From contig JBBRNJ010000002.1 in assembly GCA_038230375.1 (NCBI GenBank), forward strand, positions 96,001 to 160,000: a DNA stretch of 64,000 nucleotides. Direction: 5' to 3'. The DNA is from Polyangiales bacterium. Lineage in GTDB: Bacteria; Myxococcota_A; Polyangia; Polyangiales; Polyangiaceae. The notes under the pieces were generated by a model, which was not told the DNA's origin, did no database searches, and worked only from the letters and a program-made list of their open reading frames with translations. Below, in pieces: positions 8,490-16,252 of the stretch (position 1 is its first letter; each line of letters starts with the position of its first letter). Made by a program: the position numbers and the translations under genes.

Positions 8490-11126
8490 ATGGTAGTTCG
8501 CAGCGTCGTGGGAGACCCTCCGCGTGAGATCGCACGGACTGCGTGGGCGCGGCCGCTGCTGATCTTCTTCGGGGCGTTGTTCGCGTTCACGTGCGGCTTC
8601 AACTTCTCGTTCAACCACTGGTACGCGCGCGGGCCCATGCTGCTCGACGCGGGCTGGCACTCCGGCGTGATCTTCCACCGCGGCTGGGATCCGCAGTCGA
8701 TGCTCATCGAGTATCCGGCTCCGCGAGCGTTCTTCAGCTTCCACCTGTCGCCGTTCATGTCGTTCTTCGGCGTGCTCAGCACGTGGTTCCCCGGAGACCG
8801 CGCCATGTATTACTGCATCGTGCACGGTCTGGTGTACGCGCCGCTGGGCGCAGCCGCAGCAACCATGCTCCCGGAGCGCACACGCGCGGGCGAGGCGGCG
8901 CTCGCGATGCTCTCGGGCGTGTGCGCGTTAATGTCGGGTCAGGCGCTCTCGTGCATGGGGTATCCGCACCTGGAGCCGTTCGTCCCGGCGGCCATCGCAA
9001 TGATGCTCGCGGCCATGGTCCGGGGACAGGCGCGGTGGGCGGTGGTGTGGCTCTTGCTGTGCACCACGTTGCGTGAGGACGCTGGCTTCCACGCAGCATC
9101 GTTCCTGTTCGCGGGGCTCGCGTGCAACGTCACCAAGCGCCCGCTGCCGCTCTCCACGCGGCGCCTGCTCGCGCTGACGGCGCTGGCGTTCGGGATCTCG
9201 GTCGTCATCTTCATCGCGCAGAAGACTCTGTGGCCCGGCCCCGGGCTCTTTCGCGAGGAGTACCTGGGTGAGCCCGCCTACGCGCACCTGACGTCCGCTG
9301 AGATGCAGAAGCGCCTGAGCGAGTTCTACGAGCGCTGCGGCTACGTCTACGCGCCGCTCGTTGCGACGATCGTGATCGCCATCATCCGTCGGGACCCACG
9401 CTACCTCCTTGGGTGGCTCGTGGAGCTGCCGTGGCTCCTCGTGAACATCCTGGCAAAGCAGCCGAGCAAGGCGCGGTTCGAGCTCTACGCGGGCTTTCCG
9501 TTCATCGCGTCGGCGTTCTGGGTGCTCGTCTACGCGCATGTCGACGTCATGAACACGAAGCCTGCGCGCTTCGTGATGCTGCGCAGGTGGCTGCCGTATC
9601 TCGCCGTGACGCTGCTCTCCACGGTCGTGGCGTGGCGTCAAGGCGGCTGGCTGCCGGGCGTGATGGAGGACTCGCTTGTTCGCGTCACGACGGATCGCCG
9701 CGCCGTGGAGACCGTCGCGAACAGGCTACGCGCGAACCCGAATCCCACGGGTCACACGCGCGTCGACGTGGCGATGGCTGCGTGGACGACAGAATCGATC
9801 GCGCCGAAGCAGCTGATCACCGAACGGCCTCCGGAGGGCCTTCGCGGGACCGACGAGTTCTACTTCTTCCGCTACGGCTTCGACTCCGGCATGTACCCCA
9901 CGTGGCTCGCGCAGGAGCCTGCGCTGGAACACTGCGGCGCGCTCGGGGTCACGCCTGTGCGGTGGTGCGGTCGCGGCCCTCTTCCATCGGGCTTCGAAGC
10001 CATGTCGCCGCTGCTCGAGCGTGCCGTTGTCGCGCCCTCCGTGCGCCGCGTGAAGCACTCCTTCGTGTTCCCGCAGGGAAGCGCGGACGACATCTTGATC
10101 CTGTTCGGGCTGCAAGGGATGCCACCCGGCGACTATCGCGCGACGTGGGCCTACCATGCCGACGGCTGCGCGGACGGCGGCGGAGGCGTGTTCGACGTAT
10201 GGCACGGCGGCACGACCATCGCGCAGACACGCGGCGCGCCGAACGGCACGGCAGCGACGCTCACGTTCCGCGTGGCCCCATCCGAGCCCGAAGGCTGGGA
10301 GATGCGCGCAGCCGCGTGGCGCTGCTCGGTCACCATCGACGATCTCCGCGTCGCGGTCGACACGCCCGCCACGGTCTCTCAGATCGGAAGCGCCAGCGCA
10401 CGAGCGGGGGCGAGTCGCGACGCACTCGAGCCGCTGGGGCCGCGGCTACGCAAGATCGCCGAGAGCGCGGGGACGACGCGAATCGATCCGGCGCTCGCTG
10501 CGTGGGCAAACGCCGTGCTGCTACGGACCGAAGAGCTCGGCACGCCGCGTGGCCTCGGGGACGCGGGCGCCGTGTTCTTCTTCCGCGAAGGCGCGGAGGC
10601 GCAGCGCATGCTCGGGTGGCTCGCCGCGAGCCCTGCGCTCGATCATTGCGGCATGCTGCCTTCTACAGAGGCGCTGTTCTGTGGCGAGCGCGGCTTGCCC
10701 GATGGCTTCGTCCCGAGCTCGCCCTTCCTGGCGCGCGCCATCATCGGCGGGGTCACGCGCACACCATCGGGAACCATCGCGATGCCCGCGGCTCGGCCCT
10801 CTGCGAACCAGGACCCGCAGATCGCCGTGTGGGGTCCGTTCGCAAGCCTCCTGCCCGGAGACTACCGCGCCACGTGGACGTATCACGCGAGCGGCTGCGC
10901 CGACGACGCAACGGGTCTGTTCGACGTTGCGCGCGCGAGCATCGGCGTGGCGAACGTGCTTGGCAAGTCGACCGAGCACGATGCAAACGTCGTGTTCCAC
11001 GTGGACCCGACGACGACGGAGCGCTGGGAATTCCGCGCGTTTCGCTGGCCCTGTCCCGTCACTCTCGACGACCTCCGGGTCGCGCCTGCGGGCGGTGGTC
11101 GGATTGCGCCGGAAAACCCCCTGTGA
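8490..11126 (+). CDS. Multi-TM membrane protein (GT-C-like N-terminus) with tandemly duplicated extracytoplasmic domain
   Basis: LLDAGWHSG, FHLSP, YPHLEP, LREDAG in TM region; C-terminal repeat PGDYRATW(A/T)YHA(D/S)GCAD x2. Start uncertain (8466/8475/8490/8508). Confidence 0.7.
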   Translation: MVVRSVVGDPPREIARTAWARPLLIFFGALFAFTCGFNFSFNHWYARGPMLLDAGWHSGVIFHRGWDPQSMLIEYPAPRAFFSFHLSPFMSFFGVLSTWFPGDRAMYYCIVHGLVYAPLGAAAATMLPERTRAGEAALAMLSGVCALMSGQALSCMGYPHLEPFVPAAIAMMLAAMVRGQARWAVVWLLLCTTLREDAGFHAASFLFAGLACNVTKRPLPLSTRRLLALTALAFGISVVIFIAQKTLWPGPGLFREEYLGEPAYAHLTSAEMQKRLSEFYERCGYVYAPLVATIVIAIIRRDPRYLLGWLVELPWLLVNILAKQPSKARFELYAGFPFIASAFWVLVYAHVDVMNTKPARFVMLRRWLPYLAVTLLSTVVAWRQGGWLPGVMEDSLVRVTTDRRAVETVANRLRANPNPTGHTRVDVAMAAWTTESIAPKQLITERPPEGLRGTDEFYFFRYGFDSGMYPTWLAQEPALEHCGALGVTPVRWCGRGPLPSGFEAMSPLLERAVVAPSVRRVKHSFVFPQGSADDILILFGLQGMPPGDYRATWAYHADGCADGGGGVFDVWHGGTTIAQTRGAPNGTAATLTFRVAPSEPEGWEMRAAAWRCSVTIDDLRVAVDTPATVSQIGSASARAGASRDALEPLGPRLRKIAESAGTTRIDPALAAWANAVLLRTEELGTPRGLGDAGAVFFFREGAEAQRMLGWLAASPALDHCGMLPSTEALFCGERGLPDGFVPSSPFLARAIIGGVTRTPSGTIAMPAARPSANQDPQIAVWGPFASLLPGDYRATWTYHASGCADDATGLFDVARASIGVANVLGKSTEHDANVVFHVDPTTTERWEFRAFRWPCPVTLDDLRVAPAGGGRIAPENPL

Positions 11127-11141
11127 TAGTTCGGCTTCCGC

Positions 11142-11915
11142 ATGGTTCGGTCCCGCATCGAGGTCTCGCTCGCCGCGCCCGCCTACAACGAGGGTGAGGG
11201 TATCGAGGAGGTCGTGCTCGAGTGGGTGGGCTATCTCCGCGCGCGGCTCGCGCCAGGCGCGTTCGAGATCGTCGTCTGCAACGACGGCAGCAAGGACGAC
11301 ACTGGCGACGTGCTGGACCGCCTCGCAGCTCGATATCCCGAACTGAAGCCCGTGCATCATGCACGCAATCAGGGCGCGTCCGCCGCGTTGATCACGGCGA
11401 TCCAGAGCACCACGAAGCCGTGGGTTCTCCTCATCGACTCCGACGGGCAGTTCCCGGTCGACAACCTGGATCGCTTCCTTTCCGCCTGGGACGACAGCGT
11501 GGACGCGTACCTGGGGGTGCGTCCCGACAAGAAGGACAAGCTCTTCTCGCGCGCCGGCTCGTGGGCGAGCGGCCAGATGTGCAACGTCATCCACGGCTCG
11601 CATTTTCGCGACTTCAACTCCGCGTTCAAGCTCGTGCGCGGTCCGCTGCTCCGTGCGATGCGTCTGGAGGCGAAGGGCCTGAACTACTCCACGGAGGCAA
11701 CGTCGAAGCTGATCGAGAGCGGCGCCCGTTTGAAGGAGGTGGAGGTCACGCACCGTCCGCGCATACGCGGGCAGAGCAGCATGCGCCTGCTCCGCGGTGG
11801 CGTTCATCGCGGGCTCTTCGTGTCGTACCTGGGCATGCGCCAGCTGCTCCTCAAGATGGAAGTCATCTCGTCGCCAAAAGCTCCAGACTCGCGCGCCGAA
11901 AAGGGGAGCTCGTAG
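11142..11915 (+). CDS. GT2 glycosyltransferase (polyprenol-phosphate/DPM1-like)
   Basis: APAYNEGEGI, NDGSKDDT, NQGASAA, IDSDGQF, DFNSAFKL, HRPRIRGQSS. Confidence 0.92.
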   Translation: MVRSRIEVSLAAPAYNEGEGIEEVVLEWVGYLRARLAPGAFEIVVCNDGSKDDTGDVLDRLAARYPELKPVHHARNQGASAALITAIQSTTKPWVLLIDSDGQFPVDNLDRFLSAWDDSVDAYLGVRPDKKDKLFSRAGSWASGQMCNVIHGSHFRDFNSAFKLVRGPLLRAMRLEAKGLNYSTEATSKLIESGARLKEVEVTHRPRIRGQSSMRLLRGGVHRGLFVSYLGMRQLLLKMEVISSPKAPDSRAEKGSS

Positions 11916-13889
11916 ATGGCGTCCCCGAATCCGAGCAAGCTCTCGGTGGCGCTCTTCTCCGGCGGCCGCGGCACCGCCACCATCACCCGCGAGATCCTGC
12001 GGCACTCGAACATCGAGCTCAGTCTCCTCGTCAACGCATACGACGACGGCCTCTCCACGGGGGAGCTCCGCGACTTCATTCCTGGCATGCTGGGGCCCAG
12101 CGACTTCCGGAAGAACCTCTCCTACCTGCTCGACCTCTACTCCGAGCAGCAATTTGTGCTCGAGCGCGTCATCGAGTACCGCCTGCCGAAGGATTTCGGT
12201 CCGCGCCACCTGGACGAGCTCAACGAGATCGTCGCGCAACAGGGGGCCCGCGAGGCGCCGCTGCTTCCGTACATCCGCGAGAACCTCGGCGCGCTCGACG
12301 CGCCCGTGCGTTCGGCTGTGATGGACTTCCTCCGCATCTTCCTCACGTTCGCAAGGAAGCAGCCAAGGCCGTTCAACTTCGTCGACTGTTCGCTCGGCAA
12401 CCTGGTCTTCGCCGGCGCGTACCTGAAGAACGACCGTGACTTCAACCGCGCGACCGAGGAGCTCGCCACGCTGTTCGGCTCGAAGGCGAACCTCATCAAC
12501 GTCACGCGCGGCGAGAACCGCGTGCTCGTTGCGCTGAAGGAGGACGGAGAGATCCTGGCGCGCGAGGCAACGATCGTGAATGCCCAGAGCGCGTCGAAGA
12601 TCGTCGAGCTCTATCTGCTCGAGCGCCCCATTCCACCCGCGACCCTGACGGAGCTCGCGCCGCTCGCGCTCGAGGAGAAGCGGAGGCGGCTCAGCGCAAT
12701 GGAGGCACCCGTCTCGATCTCCGAGAAGGCCAAGGAGGCGCTGCTGTCCGCGGACATCATCGTCTACGGCCCGGGTACGCAGCACTCTTCGCTCTTCCCC
12801 AGCTACAAGACTGTGGGCGTTCGCGAGGCGATACGCGGCAGCCGTGCGCGCGTGAAGGCGTTCATCTGCAACCTGGAATGGGACCACGACATCCGGGGCC
12901 TCTCCGCCGCGGATCTCGTCGACTCGGCGCTGCGTCTGCTCGGCGATCCAGAGAACGAGGAGCGCCTCGTAACGCATGTACTCTACAACCCCACCGACGG
13001 CACACGGCCGAACGCGCTGCCGCTCGGCGCGCCGTCCGAGGGTCGCCTGAAGCACGTGAAGATCATCCAGGGCGCGCTGGAGAACCCCGCCAAACGTGGC
13101 GTCCACAGCGGCCGGGCGATCGTGAAGTGCCTGCGCGAGACGTTCGAGCGCGAGGTGAACTTCGGAAAGCGCGAGCTCGACGTCTACGTGGACCTGAACG
13201 AGCGCTCCATCGCGCTCGACTACTTGCTCCAGGAGTTCCTCGAGCTGCCATGGCACGAGTCGTTCTCGCGGGTGCGGCTCACGCTGAACCACGTGGAGCT
13301 CCCCAAGCTCGATCTCCCCGCGCACCTGGAGATCACCACCAGCGACCAGGACAGCGCATTCACCGACGTGAACGTCTTCTTCCGCTGGCTCGAGTCCGGG
13401 AGCACGGGCTACCTGGCCACGATCGCGGGCGACGGCGAGTACCGCCTTGCCGACGTTCTCTCCAGCATCACGCTGCTCGACTCCTCCACCTTTGGCGCCG
13501 TGTATGGCTCGCGCAATCAGAGCCGCCGGCAGTTCATGAAGTCACTCAACGCAGCCTACGGTGAGTCGAATTTTCTCTACTACAGCAGCTGGGCCACCGC
13601 GCTCGCGCTGGCGGCTGTGTTCGGCGCGCGCCATCAGGTGATCTTCTCGGACCCGCTCACGGGCTTCCGCGTGTTCAAGCGCTCCGCCCTGGCCGACGCG
13701 CTTCGTGCGCTTCCGCGTGGCAAGCGGCCCGCCGGGGCGATGGGCATCACGCGCGCGCTGGTGCAGGCCGACGTGGAGATCGCAGAGGTGCCGATCTCCT
13801 ACCGCACCTTCAAGGGCTTCACGAACGTGAGGTGGCGGATCACGCGCGGCCTCAAGAACGCGTGGAGCGCCATTGCGCCGCGGAGCTGA
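11916..13889 (+). CDS. YvcK/CofD (UPF0052) family domain fused to a degenerate GT2-like C-terminal domain
   Basis: FSGGRGT, NAYDDGLSTGELR, GPSDFRKNL, SLGNL, ADIIVYGPGT..SSLFP, FICNL; C-terminal VYGSR, SDPLTGFRVFKR, EVPISYR. Confidence 0.82.
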   Translation: MASPNPSKLSVALFSGGRGTATITREILRHSNIELSLLVNAYDDGLSTGELRDFIPGMLGPSDFRKNLSYLLDLYSEQQFVLERVIEYRLPKDFGPRHLDELNEIVAQQGAREAPLLPYIRENLGALDAPVRSAVMDFLRIFLTFARKQPRPFNFVDCSLGNLVFAGAYLKNDRDFNRATEELATLFGSKANLINVTRGENRVLVALKEDGEILAREATIVNAQSASKIVELYLLERPIPPATLTELAPLALEEKRRRLSAMEAPVSISEKAKEALLSADIIVYGPGTQHSSLFPSYKTVGVREAIRGSRARVKAFICNLEWDHDIRGLSAADLVDSALRLLGDPENEERLVTHVLYNPTDGTRPNALPLGAPSEGRLKHVKIIQGALENPAKRGVHSGRAIVKCLRETFEREVNFGKRELDVYVDLNERSIALDYLLQEFLELPWHESFSRVRLTLNHVELPKLDLPAHLEITTSDQDSAFTDVNVFFRWLESGSTGYLATIAGDGEYRLADVLSSITLLDSSTFGAVYGSRNQSRRQFMKSLNAAYGESNFLYYSSWATALALAAVFGARHQVIFSDPLTGFRVFKRSALADALRALPRGKRPAGAMGITRALVQADVEIAEVPISYRTFKGFTNVRWRITRGLKNAWSAIAPRS

Positions 13890-13907
13890 GGGGAGAGGGC
13901 GAAACGC

Positions 13908-14558
13908 ATGACGAACGCGCTCGCCGGTAAGACCCGGTTTCTCTTCGATCTGGATGGAACGCTCGTGGACTCCGCTTCGCTCCACGCACGCGCCTACGTG
14001 GGCGTTCTCCAGCGTGTCGCCCCTGCGCTGGCCGCCACGTTCGACTACGAGAAGCTCGCTGGGAAGACCACGCGGCTCGCGTTCGCCGAGATGGGCTTCC
14101 CCGAACCGCAGCTCCCCGTGCTTGTCGCGGAGAAGCAGCGCGCATACCTGGACGCGCTCGACGCCGGCGCGCTCGCGGTGCTTCCGTTCGCGCACGAGCT
14201 CCTGGCGTGGCTCGCAGGCGAGGGCCACACCATGTACCTGGTCACGAGCGCGAGCCGCCGCTCCACCACGCGCGTGCTGGAGGCCACGGGCATCGGCAGG
14301 CACTTCGTGGATGTCGTCACGGGAGACGACGTGGCGCACGGAAAGCCGGCGCCGGACGGCTATCGCCGCATCGTCACCGAGCACGCGCTCGACCCGAAGA
14401 GCGCGCTCGTGATCGAGGACGCGGTGGCCGGCCTCATGTCTGCTGCCGCAGCCGGCGTCGATGCTGTGACGGTGCATGCAACTGCGCCGCTCGCTGCGCC
14501 GTCGCTCGCCACGTTCAAGACGCTCGCGGAGCTGCGCACGGCCCTCGCGGCGGGGTGA
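13908..14558 (+). CDS. HAD-family phosphatase (beta-PGM/CbbY-like)
   Basis: FDLDGTLVDS, LVTSA, GKPAPDGY, VIEDAVAG. Confidence 0.92.
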   Translation: MTNALAGKTRFLFDLDGTLVDSASLHARAYVGVLQRVAPALAATFDYEKLAGKTTRLAFAEMGFPEPQLPVLVAEKQRAYLDALDAGALAVLPFAHELLAWLAGEGHTMYLVTSASRRSTTRVLEATGIGRHFVDVVTGDDVAHGKPAPDGYRRIVTEHALDPKSALVIEDAVAGLMSAAAAGVDAVTVHATAPLAAPSLATFKTLAELRTALAAG

Positions 14559-14597
14559 GCATGGCGAACGCGCGCGTCTCGTTCTAGACTCCACGCC

Positions 14598-15359
14598 GTG
14601 CGAACTTGCGTGGTCATTCCAGCCGCGGGACGTGGCACCCGCCTTGGGCTCGACGTCCCGAAGATCCTGGTGCCGATCCTGGCCGACGTCACCGTGTGGG
14701 ACGTGCTCCGACGCAGCTCGCTTGCCGTCGCCGATCACGTCCACGTGATCGTGTCACCTTCCGGAGAGGCCGCCTTCGCAAGCGCCGCCAGGGTGGACAT
14801 CGACGCGGGACGCGTGAGTCACTCGCTCCAGCCCGAGCCGCTGGGCATGGGCGACGCCGTCTTTCGTGCGGGGCCGGTGTTCTCCGCGTACGATGCGATG
14901 ATCGTCATGTGGGGCGATCAGGTGGGGGTGTCTGCCGCGACGCTCGCACGCGTACGGGCTGCGCTCGATGCGGCCACGGGCGACGTGATCGCGCTGCCGC
15001 TGGCGACCACGTCCGCGCCGTACGTTCACTACGAGGTCGACGCGAACGGCAAGCTGTCCGGGGTGCTGCAGTCGCGCGAGGGTGACGCGATGCCTGCCGT
15101 GGGAGAGGCCGACGTCGGCGTGTTCGGGCTCACGACCCGCGGGCTCCGGGAGCACTACTCGGCGTACACGGCCCGCGGGATCGTCGGGAAGAAGACGCGA
15201 GAGGCGAACTTCCTTCCGTTCATGCCGTTCCTTGCGCAGGAGCGCAGCTTCGCCGTCACGTTCCTTCCTGGAATCTCACCGGGAGAGGCACGGGGCATCA
15301 ACACCAGAGAGGACCTGGAGTACTTCCGCGTCCAGCTGCAGCAGGAAGAGAGAACATGA
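14598..15359 (+). CDS. Nucleotidyltransferase, GlmU N-terminal-like (no acetyltransferase domain)
   Basis: IPAAGRGTRLG...PKILVP, QPEPLGMGDAV, WGD, GINTREDL. Confidence 0.85.
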   Translation: MRTCVVIPAAGRGTRLGLDVPKILVPILADVTVWDVLRRSSLAVADHVHVIVSPSGEAAFASAARVDIDAGRVSHSLQPEPLGMGDAVFRAGPVFSAYDAMIVMWGDQVGVSAATLARVRAALDAATGDVIALPLATTSAPYVHYEVDANGKLSGVLQSREGDAMPAVGEADVGVFGLTTRGLREHYSAYTARGIVGKKTREANFLPFMPFLAQERSFAVTFLPGISPGEARGINTREDLEYFRVQLQQEERT

Positions 15360-16252
15360 GCGACGTCATGCTGGTCACCGGAGGCGCGGGCTTCATCGGA
15401 AGTCACATCGCGGAGCGCCTGGTCGCCGACGGCCACAAGGTCCGCGTCCTCGACAACCTCACGCAGGGGCGCCGCGAGTGGGTGCCCGCGAAGGCCGAGT
15501 TCATCGAGGGCGACATCACGGACGCCGCGCTCTGCAAGCGCATCTGCCTGGACGCCGTGGGCGTGTTCCACACCGCCGCCATGAGCAAGGTCGGCCCCTC
15601 GATCGACAAGATCGAGTTCTGCACGGAACAGAACGTGAACGGCACGCAGAACATGCTCATCGCCGCGCGCGACGCGAAGGTGAAGCGATTCGTGTATTGT
15701 GCATCTTCCACGTACTACGGAAACCGAGCCGCGCCGCAGCAGGAGGACATGCTGCCGGACTGCCTGAACCCGTACGCGCTCTCCAAGTATGTCGGCGAGC
15801 AGTACTGCGAGATGTTCTCGAAGCTCTACAAGCTGCCCACGCTCTGTCTGCGCTACTTCAACGTGTACGGACCGCGACAGCCCAGTGAGGGCGCTTATGC
15901 GCTCGTCCTGGGCGTGTTCCTGCGCCAGTCGCGCAAGGGCGAGCCGCTCACCATCCACGGCGCAGGCGACCAGCGGCGTGATTTTGTCCACGTGAGGGAC
16001 GTGGTCGAGGCAAACCTCGCGGCGTTCCGGAGCAGCGCGGAGGGCGTGTCGCTCAACGTGGGCTCCGGCGTGAACTACTCCGTGAAGGAGATCGCCGACA
16101 TGATCTCGAAGAACCAGGTGCACGGTCCGCGTCGCGCCGGGGACGCCGAGATCACGCTGGCGGACCTGACGCGCATCAAGAAGGTGCTCGCCTGGGAGGC
16201 GAAGGTGCCGTTCGCGAACGGCGTCCGCGAGCTCATGGAAGAGAAGAGCTAG
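15356..16252 (+). CDS. NAD-dependent nucleotide-sugar epimerase/dehydratase
   Basis: VTGGAGFIGSH, ASSTYYG, PYALSK, LRYFNVYGPRQ, RDFVHV. Confidence 0.95.
   Translation: MSDVMLVTGGAGFIGSHIAERLVADGHKVRVLDNLTQGRREWVPAKAEFIEGDITDAALCKRICLDAVGVFHTAAMSKVGPSIDKIEFCTEQNVNGTQNMLIAARDAKVKRFVYCASSTYYGNRAAPQQEDMLPDCLNPYALSKYVGEQYCEMFSKLYKLPTLCLRYFNVYGPRQPSEGAYALVLGVFLRQSRKGEPLTIHGAGDQRRDFVHVRDVVEANLAAFRSSAEGVSLNVGSGVNYSVKEIADMISKNQVHGPRRAGDAEITLADLTRIKKVLAWEAKVPFANGVRELMEEKS

Noticed and set aside
5270..13325. Very long antisense ORFs (5270-7765, 10521-13325 and similar elsewhere)
   Set aside because: Shadow frames of high-GC coding genes; Arg/Ala-rich with no motifs and fully overlapping well-supported CDS.
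11916..15359. F420 biosynthesis (cofD/cofC)
   Set aside because: Motifs are closer to YvcK, the domain is fused to a GT2-like region, and there is no cofE/cofG/cofH; neighbours are glycan genes.
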